DNA from: Heterodontus francisci
Lineage: Eukaryota
Reading direction: 5' to 3'
Assembly: GCF_036365525.1 (NCBI RefSeq)
Contig: NC_090397.1
Coordinates: 28,828,034 to 28,892,033 of the forward strand
DNA: 64,000 nucleotides
Position 1 is the first letter of the stretch. Each line of letters opens with the position of its first letter. Both the position numbers and the translations under genes were made by a program. Shown piece after piece: positions 1-12,307 of the stretch. Below the pieces are notes generated by a model. It did no database searches, was not told where the DNA came from, and was given only the letters and a program-made list of their open reading frames with translations.

Positions 1-83
1 TTGGGGTTCCTTGCCAAGGTCAAAGTTGACCTGCTGTTTCTGCAGGACCGCAGAATATCGCACCTCAGCACCTATAGGTGCTC
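1..83 (+). mobile_element. Fragment of L1/Tx1-type LINE endonuclease
   Basis: Translation FLAKVKVDLLFLQ resembles the APE endonuclease N-terminal D-x-x-F-L-Q-E motif; truncated by the window edge. Confidence 0.5.
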
Positions 84-765
84 CGACAGAGGCAGGAGGA
101 GTGCACTGTCTTTGTCTAGTTCCGCTTCTCTACAGGTCACAACATATTTAAATGTTCACTCAGTTACTGATACGGCCAGTTATATATTCTATTTTTATTT
201 CAGAATAAAATCCACCAACTAGGTTTCTTTATTAAACAACAAAATCATCAATTTATTATAAAACAAGACACATTCAGTAAAGGTGCAAAGCATTAACACA
301 GATTGTAATATAAAAGTTCCCTTCTAACTTAGCCCAACATACACACATTAAAGAAAAAGAGGGGTTTTCTCTGTAGAGATCACTTTACAAAAAAGACAAA
401 ATAATCCTTTGGCCAAATAGTTGTCAATTCTTGAAGGAAAAGGATAAGAAATGGAATGGTATCAGTTGTCCTGTTTTTGGCTTCCCAAATACGTATAGAT
501 GGCTGTCACTAGGATCTTTTTGGAGCAGTTCTCTTCAGACAATGTCAAGGATTAGACTGGCAGACTTTCCAGGAGAAATGCGGCATCAGGGGTTTCAGCT
601 AAATTCTCCGTTTCTCAGAGAGGTGGAGAAAGGTGGTTGCTTCTCTCAGCAGACTGCACACCCAAGTGACTCAAAACAATATCCAAACTGAAATCAACTC
701 TTGATCACCATAAATCTTGATATGTTCTCTGTAAACAACTCCTATAGTCAGGAGGCACCTGCTGT
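84..765 (-). mobile_element. Truncated LTR, same family as 55009-55857
   Basis: Reverse complement aligns along its length with the 55-kb copy (e.g. ACCTGT-GAGAAG-GGAACTAGA-AAAGACAGTGCACTCCTCC); terminal TGTTA is missing. Confidence 0.75.
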
Positions 766-1395
766 TTTAAAACTCACCAAAGGGAGTAGTTGAGGCAAAT
801 AGTGTAGAAATAGCAAGAGTTATGCTGATAGATGAGGAAGGATGGGAGGAGATTTGAGCAGTGAACTGTTTAGCCGGTTAGCCTGTTTCCGTGCTGTATA
901 CTCTATGCAATGACAAATGAGAAAGGCACCAACAGTTGGTATTTGATATTCAGCATATGGAAATGAAATAACAGTTCAGATGAGATTAACAAGTCTAAAT
1001 TCTAACATTATACTACTACACTTCCAATAACCAGGCAAAAGTTATTCTGCCCACATTACCGGTGTCAAGAGCTCCACCTGAACCCATCCAAATGCTAGGA
1101 ACATAGGAGCAGGCCATTCAGCCCATCGAGCCTGCCCTGCCATTTAGAAGATCATGGCTGATCTTCCACTCTGATGCCTTTTCCCCACACTATCATATCC
1201 CTTTATGTAATTGGTATTTAGAAATCTGTCAATCTCTGCTGTTGCTAAGTTTCAATCACTGGAGACGTGAATCTCACTCCCTTCGGAATTCGTTCAGGCT
1301 CCGACACCCAAAGTGGTGCAGGACCGGCTTACTCAATAACACCCCATTACAGCAGAGTATAACTAGCGGCCGGTCTGGCCTGGCCGGGTACCCAC

Positions 1396-1513
1396 CTTCT
1401 GGAAGGGAAGGATGAAATACAAGCCGGAGGGATCCTTGATCTCATCGATCTGGTTGGAAGTGAAGGTTTTGAGACGAGCTGTCCTCGACCGGAACTGGCA
1501 GTTGGGCAAAACG
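1396..1513 (-). CDS. ACTR6: Actin-related protein 6, coding exon 2 (118 nt); gene continues beyond the left edge
   Basis: TTTCTTACAG acceptor after a 100-nt intron. Encodes (S)VLPNCQFRSRTARLKTFTSNQIDEIKDPSGLYFILPFQK in phase with exon 1 (68+118=186 nt). Donor AAG|GTGGGT. Confidence 0.95.
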
Positions 1514-1613
1514 CTGTAAGAAAGGGGGGAGAGGAAGAGATGAATGTCGGCGGCCTTCAGGCAGAGGAAGGAACGGCTGCAGGCCCAAGCCGGGGCCTCT
1601 ATTTATCACGCAC

Positions 1614-1681
1614 CTCACTCGCTTGTCGCTGAAACCGATCTTGGCCGTGTTCGCGCCGTTATCCAGCACCAAAGTCTCCAT
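1614..1681 (-). CDS. ACTR6: Actin-related protein 6, coding exon 1 (68 nt)
   Basis: ATG at 1681 gives METLVLDNGANTAKIGFSDKRV, matching the recalled ACTR6 N-terminus (MTTLVLDNGAYNAKIGYS). GT donor (GAG|GTGCGT) at 1613-1612. Confidence 0.95.
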
Positions 1682-1810
1682 CACCGTATCACCATCACCG
1701 CCTGTCTCAGCGCAGCCGATCAACCGCCGTCTTCCTGTCCGCCCTCTTTATCATTCCCCACTCTTCAAAACATCGCTTTAAAGTTCCGGATAATCAGACG
1801 TTTGGTTGCT
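1682..1810 (-). promoter_or_regulatory. ACTR6 5' UTR / CpG-rich promoter region
   Basis: CpG-dense stretch about 1350-1800 directly upstream of the ATG; ETS-type CCGGAA core on the minus strand near 1783-1788. TSS not determinable. Confidence 0.55.
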
Positions 1811-1972
1811 GTAGATTTAAAGTGACCCAGATGATGAAGCCAGTTTAACTTGACTTGGGTTTTTTTTAAAAAATAGGTTAATAGGTGGATCAAAATGAAG
1901 CATCTGTTATTTCTACTCATTTAACAGATCATCAAAATGATTTTCGCAGACTAGACAAGTTTGACCCTAAGC

Positions 1973-2218
1973 TAGGGTTGCCAACCCTCCAGGGTTAGCC
2001 TGGAGTCTCCAGCTTCTGAAGATTAATCTTCGTGATAGTGCAGCGAGCAACCATGGAGAAAAATCATAGGGGCATTTAAAAATTGTTTTTGTTCACTTAT
2101 TAGTGATAAAATTATTGGAGATGTTTAAAAAAGGCTGTTTGATTGACTGTAAAATAATATCCAATTGGGTAATGAAGAGCCTTGTCGCTTTCCAATTGGC
2201 CTGAGGAGACAGTGGACC
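1973..2218. mobile_element. Partial hAT-Blackjack-like MITE
   Basis: Starts TAGGGTTGCCAAC; internal sequence is the inverse of the 4384-4731 element; cut off by CR1 sequence. Confidence 0.55.
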
Positions 2219-2677
2219 CTGAACAGGTATTTTGCATCGGTCTTCACCATAGAGGATATAAGTAACATCCCAGAAATAGCTGTAAGTCAGGAAATGGAAG
2301 GGAGGGAGGAACTCAAGAAAACTACAATCACCAGGGAAATGGTACTGAACAAATTGTTAGAGCTGCGGGCTGACATGTCCCCGGGTCTTGATGGAATTCG
2401 TCCTAAGTGGCTAGTGAGATAGTTGATGCGTTGTTTTTGATTTTCCAAAATTCCCTAGATTCAGGGAAGGTTCCATTAGATTGTAAAATAGCCAATGTAA
2501 CTCCTTTATTCAAAAAGGGAGGGAGACAGAAAGGAGGAAACTACAGGCCAGTTAGCTTAACATCTGTCACAGGGAAAATGTTAGAAGCTATTATTAAAGA
2601 TGCCAAAGCAGGGCACTTAGAAAAATTCAAGGTAATCAGGCAGGGTCAACATGGTTTTGTGAAAGGAAAATCATGTT
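2219..2677 (+). mobile_element. CR1 LINE ORF2 fragment (RT N-terminal part)
   Basis: LNRYFASVFT...SPGLDGIRP and IANVTPLFKKG...[11 protein letters not shown]...QHGFVKGKSC are typical CR1 RT motifs. Confidence 0.9.
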
Positions 2678-2821
2678 CATAGAATCATAGAAAGTTTAAG
2701 GCACAGAAAGAGGCCACTCTGGCCCATCGTGTCTGTGCCGGCTGAAAAATGATCCACCTATTCTAATCCCACCTTCCAGCATTTGGTCCGTAGCCCTACA
2801 GCTTACGGCACTTGAGGTGCT

Positions 2822-3102
2822 ATCTTTTGGATGAGATGTTAAATCCAGTCTGACCTTTCATAGGAGATTCCCAAGGCACTATTTTGAAGAAGAACAGGGG
2901 AGTTCTCCCTGGTGTCCTGGCAAATATTTATCTCTTAACCAACAGATTATCTGGCTATTATTATCATTGTTTGTGTGATCTTGTGTGCAAATTGGCTGCA
3001 GTGTTTCCTACATTACATCAGTGACTACACTTTAAATGTAATGTAAAGTGTTTTGGAGTATCCTGAGGTTTTGAAAAGTGCTAGATGAATGCAAGTCTTT
3101 CT
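2822..3102 (+). mobile_element. Deu-domain SINE (SacSINE1-like), 5'-truncated
   Basis: Same body as 38239-38690 (GGGGAGTT-CC-GTGTCCTG...CAAATTGGCTGC...CCTACATTACA...AATGCAAGT). Confidence 0.65.
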
Positions 3103-4383
3103 GTCTTCTGTAGAAGTCTCTGGATCCTCTTAACACCTTCCCATCTTGAGTTGTCAATCCAACTGCCATTTTTCCCCATGTATGATACTTTTATAATTAA
3201 TAAACAAAAGTGTTCAAAGATAATTACAATAACACAATTTTTAATGCCCCTATAATATTTTCTCCTGCATTGCTCCCAGCTGTGTCCTGGAGATTAATCC
3301 TTTATCAGGGCAATACTGGAGTGTTGGCAAATCTAATAGCTAGCTATAACAATCCTAACCACTCACTCACCTGGCTTGTTCCCATTGACCTTGCCTGTCT
3401 AAGATACTGTGGACCTTATTTCCCTTGCTGGTCTCTGGTCTATCACTGATCATCTAGTGCTGCCATTGGTTGTGCAATTGATGACGCAAGAATGGGAACT
3501 GGTAATTCCAGGACATATAGAAGGAACTCGGCAAGGAGAAAATTATTACATTGTCCCCCAGAGCACTTAAGCTTCAGCACCATCTACTGCCATAACAGAA
3601 CATAGGATACTGAGCTGGAAGTGAGGGGATTTGGAGCAGGAAGATTACAACTCTGCTGTAAGATTAACAAATGACAAGACTCTCCTCCATAAAACAAGCT
3701 GACATTTGAAATTAAGGCTAGTTAAAAAGAGAAGCCTTACCTTAGAAACATCTAACAGGCCGAGTTCTACAGTAAAGATAGAAAAGATCTTTGAGAAGGA
3801 GAAGCTTTCAGAATTTGACCAACATGAAAAGAGAAATGGATAGCAGCACAGGTGGAAAAGTAAGTTACTATCCATTCCTAAAACTTAAGAACTCAAGAAT
3901 GGGACAGAGAACCATCATTTGTGGAGAGACCTGAAAGCATGGTTACATGCTGCACACCACCAGTGGAGCTACCTCACTAGTCCACATTAAATAAACCATG
4001 GTCACAATAACAGAGCAGAACAGAGAAAACGACTTTGGCCAGTAATCATCAAAATGGAGCTATTGCCGCAACTGAAACCCCTAGATTGTATCATTGTTAT
4101 TGACAAAGTATTCTCATTTGAAAGTTTATTTTCTTTTGAGGAGGAAGATATACTGATATTAGTATAACTTTATATTTGTAGTTAAATAGAGCAAATTCCT
4201 TGAATATCTCCTGTGACCCGGAAGTTTGTATGATTAGCAGATGCATGGTGTTATTGTAGATGGCTGAGCTATGAAGAGCATGTTTCAAACGTTTCTATTT
4301 GAACTTGATAGCAAATGCTGCATTCTGTAATCATACATTTTAACCAAGTGTGTGGTATCTTGAGTATTTGTTGAAGTGGCCAG

Positions 4384-4731
4384 TAGGTTTGCCAACACTA
4401 GCTGGATATATTCCTGTAGGTGTCATCACATGACTTCTAACTGCGCCAGCCCCCATACTCCTGCCATTGGTCACCCAACGTGCCCATCGTTGTGGCGCAC
4501 CACCTTTCCACACCAATTGGAAAGCAAACAGACTCTTCATTACCCGATCAGATGATTCTTGTGAATCCAACAGCCAATTTTCCCCATGTATGATACTTTT
4601 ATAACTAATAAACAAAAGTGTTCAAAGATAACTACAAAAACACAATTTTTAATGCCGCAATAATTTTTTCTCCTGCATTGCTCACAGCAATGTCCTGGAG
4701 ATTAATCTTTAATCAAGTGTTTGCAAATCTA
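4384..4731. mobile_element. hAT-Blackjack-like MITE
   Basis: Termini TAGGTTTGCCAACACT / AGTGTTTGCAAATCTA are imperfect inverted repeats; flanks GTGGCCAG / ATGGCTAG match 6 of 8. Confidence 0.6.
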
Positions 4732-5280
4732 ATGGCTAGCTACAACAATCCTAACCGCTCACTGCTCCTGGCTTGTTCCCATTGACCTTGCCTGCCTAAG
4801 ATACTGTGGACGTTCTTTCCCTTGCTGGTCTCTGCTCTCTCATCGATTGTTCTAGTGCTGCCATTGTTGTGCAATCGATGATGCAAGAATGGGAACTGTT
4901 AATTCCAGGACATATAGAATGAACCAGGCAAGGATCAAATTATTACATTGTCCTCAGGGCAAGCTTCAGCACCATCTACTGCCACAACAGAACACAGGAT
5001 ACTGAGTTGGAAGTGAGGGGATTTAGAGCAGGAAGATTACAACTCATTCAGGAGTATTCAGATCCATCTGTGTGTGGTTAGTACTGAGATATAGATTAAG
5101 ATAATAGAGTGATAAACGAGTGCAGGAGAGCGCAGGGCAATAGGACCCAGCCATGAGTAGATAAGCATGTGCCTCCGGAATGAGCTACACCACTATCACA
5201 TAACACAGTATAGCAAGCGGTATCTGAGGATTAGAATCAGTTCATTATAGACCTGTGTATATATAGCACTATTTTTTTTC

Positions 5281-6458
5281 ATGATAAGGTGCCACATTAA
5301 AGGTTATTGCGGAAAATAAAAGCTCATGGTGCAGGGGGTAACATATTGGTTTGGATAGTAGATTGGCTAGCTACAGGAAACAGAGAGTAGGCATAAATGG
5401 ATCATTTTCTGGTTGGCAAGATGCAATGAGTGGTGTGCTACAGGGTTCAGTGCTGGGGCCTCAACCTTTTACAATTTATATAAATGACTTGGATGAAAGG
5501 ACCAAAGGCATGGATGGTAAATTTGTTGATGACACAAAGATAGGTAGGAAAGTAAATTGTGAAGAGGACATAAGGAGGCTGCAAAGGGTTATAGAGAGGT
5601 TAAGTGAGTGGGCAAAGACCTGGCAAATGGAGTATAATGTGGGAAAATGTGAAATTGTCCATTTTGGCAGGAAGAATAAAAAAGAAGCTATTATCTAAAT
5701 GGTGAAAGATTGCAGAGCTCTGAGATGCAGTGGGATCTGGGTGTCCTAGTGCATGAATTGCAAAAGCTTAGTATGCAGGTACAGCAAGTAATTAGGAAAG
5801 CTAATAGAATGTTATTGTTTATTGCGAAGGAAATTGAATACAAAAGTAGGGAGGTTATGCTTCAGCTATACAGGGCATTGGGGAGACCACATCTGGAGTA
5901 CTGTGTACATTATTGATCTCCTTATTTAAAGAAGGATGTAAATGAGTTGGAAGCAGTTCAGAAAAAGTTTACTAGACTAATACCTGGAATGGGCGAGCTG
6001 TCTGATGAGGAAAGGTTGGACAGACTAGGCTTGTATCTGCTGGAGTTTAGAAGAGTAAGAGATGACCTGATTTTAACATATAAGATCCTGAGGGGTCTTG
6101 ACAAGGTGGATGTGGAAAGGATGTTTCCTCTTGTGGGAGAATCTAGAACTAGGGGGTCACAATTTAAAAATAAGGGGTTGCCCATTTAGGACAGAGATGA
6201 GGAGAATTTCTTTCTCTCAGAGGGTCGTAAGTCTTTGGAACTCTCTTCCTCAAAAGGCAGTGGAAGCAGAGTCTTTGAATATTTTTAAGACAGAGGTAGA
6301 TAGATTCTTGATAAGCAAGTGGGTGAAAGGTTATTGGGGGTAGGCGGGAATGTAGAGTTGAGGTTACAATCAGATCAGCCATGATCCTGTTGAATGGCAG
6401 AGTAGGCTTGAGGGGCTAAGTGACCTACTCCTGCTCCTAATTCATATGTTTGTATATG
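5281..6458 (+). mobile_element. CR1 LINE 3' part (RT C-terminus and 3' UTR)
   Basis: [28 protein letters not shown] and SQRVVSLWNSLP motifs with stops and frameshifts; ends CCTACTCCTGCTCCTAATTCATATG. Confidence 0.92.
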
Positions 6459-6541
6459 AGAAGCTGTTTGAAGCCATTTGAAAGTAGCGTTATAAGCAGG
6501 ATCGCATTTAGAGGCTCTTTGCAGTGACCGTCTGCTTTTTA

Positions 6542-6878
6542 GGGCGGCACAGTGGCACAGTGGTTAGCACCGCAGCCTCACAGCTCCAGCGACCCGGGTT
6601 CCGTTCTGGGTACTGCCTGTGTGGAGTTTGCAAGCCCTCCTTGTGACTGCGTGGGTTTCCGCCGGGTGCTCCAGTTTCCTCCCACAGCCAAAGACTTGCA
6701 GGTTGATAGGTCAATTGGCTATTATAAATTGCCCCTAGTGTAGGTAGGTGGTAGGAGAATGGTGGGGATGTGGTAGGGAATATGGGATTAATGTAGGATT
6801 AGTATAAATGGGTGGTTGATGGTCGGCACAGACTCGGTGGGCTGAAGGGCCTGTTTCAGTGCTGTATCTCTCTATGAC
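6542..6878 (+). mobile_element. tRNA-derived V-SINE (HE1-type)
   Basis: tRNA-like head with A/B boxes, V-domain TGCGTGGGTTTCC-CCGGGTGCTCC-GTTTCCTCCCACA, CR1-derived tail GAAGGGCCTGTTTCAGTGCTGTAT. Confidence 0.85.
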
Positions 6879-7250
6879 AACACTTAGAAAAGTATGATCA
6901 ATGCTTGGAAACACATTGGCTAACAGTCTAATAAGTGAGACTGCAATCTTCTACCTCAGTGGCATGAAGTCAGACTAATGAAGGGTCTGTTTCACCCCGG
7001 GATACAGAGTAGCACAGGAAGCACCATATTAACAATATGTGTCGGTTTGCCACAGAAAAAGCCACCTGTCCTATTTGCACAGACTCCACCAGTCCTGCAA
7101 TTTCTTCTCTCTAATGTGTCTTTATTTCTACAGAAAGATATAAGGGAAAACAGCCAGGTTTCTTTGTAGTCTGTAATGCAAGTGAAAATATTCTATTAAA
7201 ACTGTTGGCTTATTGTTTTATTACATGGCTTTCACTTGTGCTATGGACCT

Positions 7251-8243
7251 TGTAACGGAAACCACACCTGCCAAAATGAGATATTAATTTTGTCATATGG
7301 AACATTATTTTTGAACTGTTACTGGACTTGAAAAAACTTGTTTAAAAAGACCACAACAGTGGCTGAAAACATGGCTGCACATTTGCATTCTAAAAGACAG
7401 TTGCATGAAGAAGACAATGGGAGTATTCCCTGATTCAATTAGCAAGATGGATTTTATCCATAGTGATGATCAAGAAACATTGAGAGTCATTGAGCCAGCA
7501 TCCAACCCCCCCACTGACAGTGTCTGTTGAGCTTGAAGAAATCCACATTTCGCAGGCAAGGTGCTCTAAACAACATGACTAACCTACTGGCCAACCTGGG
7601 GTTTTTTTGAATTATGTCTGATACAGAACAGTTTTGGAAGAGACTGCAACTGAACTTCAAGATGAGAGCATCCCTCCCTCTCGCACAAAGTTCCAGGGAC
7701 CCACGGAAGTAACTTAAGCCTCAAGACAGAAGACCAGCGAAACAAGTTTGAAAGTGTGCACTGGGCCCCAACGAGAACTGCAAGACTTAACTTCAATCAA
7801 AGACTTTACATCCAATCCAAAACCAGTAACTGAACTCCAGCTATTACTTCAAACCTTTCCCCTTCTTTCTCTGCGTTAACTCTGCTTCTGTCTCCATAGA
7901 TGCTGCCAGACCTGCTGAGTATTTCCAGCATTTCTTGTTTTTATCCCTTCTTTCTCCTCCTCTGTCTCTATTTGTGTGTTTATCGCATATGCATGCTAGC
8001 GTTGTGTATTTTTAGTAGTTTTAACTGAATTAGAGTTTTAAGGTTAATAAACTTACACCTTGTTTAAATCTGAAAAAACCTGTCTAGTTGATTTCTTTGC
8101 TATTACAATTAGAGAGCAGTAAGCAAGGACTCACTGAGAGGGAAGCTAAAGCACAGTGTTTTAAAAAGTTAAACCCTGTTACATCCAAACCAGGAAGAGG
8201 CTGAGAGGAGAGCCCTAGACCCCTTCCTCACCTGGTCGTAACA
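7251..8243 (+). mobile_element. Solo LTR (probably Gypsy-type), with nested 73-bp Penelope-tail insertion
   Basis: TGTAACG...CGTAACA termini; 4-bp TSD ACCT (7247-7250, 8244-8247); internal AATAAA near 8046; homologous to 39342-40120. Confidence 0.85.
7872..7944 (+). mobile_element. Penelope-like terminal-repeat fragment
   Basis: Near-identical to 10705-10775; 12-bp TSD CCCTTCTTTCTC (7860-7871, 7945-7956). Confidence 0.85.
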
Positions 8244-9159
8244 ACCTCTATAGCCTCAACATCATATAATTTTGTATTGCTTTTTTTCAGTTTCAGTCAG
8301 CTTGCAACTTATAACCATGTTTCCGTTAATAGCAGGAGGCAATGCTCGGCTTCCAACTGAAAACCTCATGGACAGGATTTGCCCAATGCATTCAATGATG
8401 CTGGTGTGGATTGTTAACTAGAATGCATTAGTGTGAGGACCAGGAACACTGACGTTTCCTCAGCTGAAACATAGTAAGTTCCACAAGACTACAACACATG
8501 GTTCAATCACTGGGTTAAAAGTTCTAGTGCTTAAATTATTAAACTAACAACTCTCCGTGGAATAGAAACAGCAGCTGGTGAATGAGATCTCTGTCCTGTT
8601 CGAAGGTGCAGATTGGGTTGATTTGTGTAAAAATATAACCATATACGTTTTCCAGTTGACATCTATTTGACTATATATATATTTAGAATTGGTATGAATA
8701 GTAAAGGTATTTTTCCAACTTTAAAAAGTATAGTCAATAAACAGTTGAATTTAACAAAGCTAGCAGTTAGTAAAGGACCATAGGAAGGTAATTTAACATC
8801 TGATAAGCACCAATTTTGCAATTATATTCATCAGCTGGTCAATGAGACAGAGCGTTATTGGAAGGCCATAGGAAAGGATACTGAAAGATTAGAATTGTAT
8901 TCCATATAAGGTATACTGTTGTGTGTGTAAGAAACAGTAAAGTAAATCACCATATAACATTATTTAAAGGGTCCTGAAATTGAGTAGAATAATGAAGAAG
9001 AAAATTATATTAATAGGCCATTAACTAGAAAAGGTAATACCGATAAAAGAAAGTCTTAGCAGACAAGAGAAGTTGTTTAAGATTTCAAAGGGTAATTTGA
9101 AAAATATACAAGAGACTCTCAGAGCATGACATGAAAACAAAAGCAGTTAACATAGGACA

Positions 9160-9290
9160 AAAAAGCTGCAGATGTTAGAAACCTGAAATAAAACAGTAAG
9201 TATGGAAACTTTCAGCAGATCTGGCAGCATCTGTGGAAAAAGGAGAAAGATTAGTATTTCAGATCTTATGACTCTTCATCAGAACTGGGA
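9160..9290 (-). mobile_element. Older Penelope-like terminal repeat with decayed hammerhead motif
   Basis: Reverse complement reads CCAGTTCTGATGAAGAGTCATAAGATCTGAAATAC...CCACAGATGCTGCCAGATCTGCTGA. Confidence 0.7.
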
Positions 9291-10200
9291 ATTGTTGTAG
9301 AAGAATGGCTCATAAGGAGGAACAGAGCAAGGGAAAAGGTTTGGCAGGGGTGGGAATAGCAGGGGAAAATGGCCACATCCAGAAGATAAAAGAAAGAATG
9401 ATCTGTTAAGTGAAATGGAGAACAGGAGATGATTAAATTACTTCAATGTGAAAGAAAATTAGACAGAGTACAAATCGGACTGCTGATTTGCTATTGTTTG
9501 TTTTGCTATCTCCCAGGATGAATTATACCCCACATACCTTCTGTCAGGGGATGATGTAGTGCTGTGCAAGATAATTGGCATCAGTGTGTGGTTAGAAAGA
9601 AGTGTAAAAACTATATATTTAACATCTGAATGGGCTTTGGAGAATACATGAACTGTCTAGCAAAAATATTCTGCATCTGACGCCGGTGGGGTCCTTCTTT
9701 AAATATAGAGATGGGGGATCTGATGCCATCATAGGGCCGACCTACTATTTTAGCTGGAGGCCTGAGCAGGAAAGCCATTCCCTCCAGGTCCACCTAGCAG
9801 GAAAAAGAGTGAGGGTCGAATAGGCAATTTGTAAAAGCTTTTCTTTGAACTTTTTTTGTGGGGCCAGGACAGGGCAGGAAAATTTAAGGCTTTCCTGTCC
9901 CAGGCTCCCCCGCCCCCCACCCTCATCCTTGATCACAAGACCCTTTTGAAACCCCCTCCCCGTGATTTACTCTTAAAAGTTGACACAGCCTCTGCTTCAA
10001 TCACTAACTCCAGTAATGCATTCCACAGCTCACAACAGTTCTCTTTTTTTTAAAAGAAGTTTCTCCTTCTGTTGCATTTAATCTTATATCTATATCCCTT
10101 CATTTTAGACCCCTCAACCACTGGAAACTGTCTGTTTCAATATACCATGCCCCATCCCTTCATATTTTACATACCTCTATCAAATCACCCTATCATTTCA

Positions 10201-10814
10201 GCAGGTCTGGCAGCATCTGTGGAGAGAGAAGCAGAGTTAACGTTTCAGGTCAGTGACCCTTCATCAAACAGAAGCAAGCTTGAGGAACAGCATCTCATTT
10301 ACCGATTAGGCACACTACAGTCTGCCGGACTGACCATTGAGTTCAATCATTTCAGAGCATGACAGCCCCCCATTTTACTTTTATTTTTAGTTCTTTTTTC
10401 TTTTTTATATATTTTGTGTTTATTTTATTTTATCTTAATTTGTTCAGTTTGCCTACCCACTTTTCTCATGTTTGTACTTGTGGCTGTTCAGTTTTCAGTT
10501 CGTTAACACCCTATCTTGTCTTTCAACACACCATTAACATATTGTTTGCCTTTGCTCCATAACCTTCTGGTCGGTTATTCTCGGCGACCTTGTCCTATCT
10601 ACGCCTTCTGCTTTGTTATCTCTTGCCCCACCCCCCTTTACTTGCTTAAAACCTTTTACATTTCTAATATATGCTAGTTCTGATGAAGGGTCACTGACCT
10701 GAAACGTTAACTCTGCTTCTCTCTCCACAGATGCTGCCAGACCTGCTGAGTATTTCCAGCATTTCTTGTTTTTATTTCAGATTTCCAGCATCTGCAGTAT
10801 TTTGCTTTTATTTT
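10201..10814 (+). mobile_element. Penelope-like element, 5'-truncated, with inverted terminal segment; nested in an old antisense CR1
   Basis: 10201-10266 is the reverse complement of 10681-10746. KLEEQHLIYRLGTLQSAGLTIEFNHFRA* resembles the PLE GIY-YIG endonuclease C-terminus. 14-bp TSD ACCCTATCATTTCA (10187-10200, 10815-10828). Confidence 0.88.
10676..10712 (+). ncRNA. Minimal type I hammerhead ribozyme motif
   Basis: AGTT-CTGATGA-AGGGTCACTGACCT-GAAA-CGTT-AACT: both core boxes, stem II hairpin (GGTC/GACC), stem I AGTT/AACT, palindromic ACGT in place of stem III, GUU cleavage triplet ending 10708. Confidence 0.72.
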
Positions 10815-12307
10815 ACCCTATCATTTCATCTGTTCTATGAAACAGTCACAATTTTTCAAACGTCTTCAAATTTGTATTTGCTCAGTCAAGCATCATTGAG
10901 TCAGTCTGTGAAGTACTCTTCCTATTGCCACAATATCCTTCCTTTTGAGTGGTGTCCCAAAGTGCTTGCAGTACTGCACCATGTTATTAACATAGTTTTA
11001 TATAGATTTGCCATTCCTTCTTGACTTTTAAATAAATAAAATATTTGCCATTCCTTCTTAACTTTTATACCATGCACTTCTTGCCATAACACCCAGTATT
11101 CCATTAGATTTTTATGGCCTTATCCACTGGAGATGTTGCTTTTAATGTGAACCTGAACCACTAACTTCTTCTGCACATCACCTAGTCTTCCTCATTCAAA
11201 GTATAAATATTATTTTTTTAACCATAAATGTACCACCTTGCACTTACTGACATTGAATCTATTTACTTATCCAAACATATTTTCTTGCAGCTTTCTTTGG
11301 TCCTCAGAATTAGTTATTATGCCTCAGAACTTAGTATCATCTACGAGCTTGAACACCATTGCCTCTAACCCTTCGTTCAAAACTGTGTATACGCAGTGAA
11401 CAGAGTGGTTCCAGAACCAAACCACATTGGACACTGCTACCCATTCCCAACACTCTGAAAACTTGGTTTCCTCCCTTCTAACCATTTTTAAATACAATTT
11501 TCCACCCTTGCTCCTAATTCCGCAATACTTTCCAGTGTATTACCTTTCCAAAGGCTTTCTGAAAATCCAAGTATACCACATTCATTGCATTTTCACGCAT
11601 CCACATTATCTGTCACCTTCTCAGAATTCTATCAGATTTGTAAAGCACAATCTTCCTTTTTGAAATCCATATTGGCTGCATCTAATAATTTTCTCTCCAT
11701 CCTGATATATAGAAACATCTTTAATTAAAGATTCCACTGATAATTACCCAGGTTGGCTCTCTGATCAAACTGAGAAACTGATCCTAGCCCATTGTTGCAG
11801 CTTGCAGCAGACCAATTGAGCAAGTCTCTCATCTTGATTCCATTCTCTCCCTTCGACCACTAATAATGCTTCGCATTTCTACTGTCCCTTACCTTTTATG
11901 TGATCCCACAGACTCCCTTTATCTTTTCATTTAAAACTCTTTCAGGAAAGTCATGCACAAGTTCTCCTGTTAATATCGGTAAAAATCAGTACCCCTATCC
12001 TACAGCACAATAGTAGGTCTACAAAAATGTTACAAAGAAACCACTGATGGTAAGATATGTACACAGCTGTAAATAAATTGGTACTAATACAAGGGCCCTA
12101 AAACAGCTGCCACCAGTGTTTTTAAAAGAACCTTACACATTGCTATCTGCTTAGCACCACTTTCCTCCAGCTGCAAGGGACGTGAAAAAAAACAAGACCT
12201 GTATTGAGAGGAGTGTATGCAAACTTCTATTTTTAGTAATAGGTGTTGTGTGGCTTCGTATCCCAGTGCCATCAAAGGGTGGCAGTACAGCAGAAGACTC
12301 TCAAATA

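Noticed and set aside
1442-1723. 93-aa ORF as a single-exon gene
   Set aside because: Read-through of ACTR6 exon 1 into intron 1; the spliced frame explains the conserved part.
6542-6612. tRNA gene (also heads at 38239, 17275, 56238)
   Set aside because: A/B boxes belong to SINE heads followed by SINE bodies; no complete cloverleaf.
8291-8473. Exon-like segment (TTTTTCAG ... GTAAGT) after the solo LTR
   Set aside because: Stops in all three frames and no partner exons; cannot be supported without transcript data.
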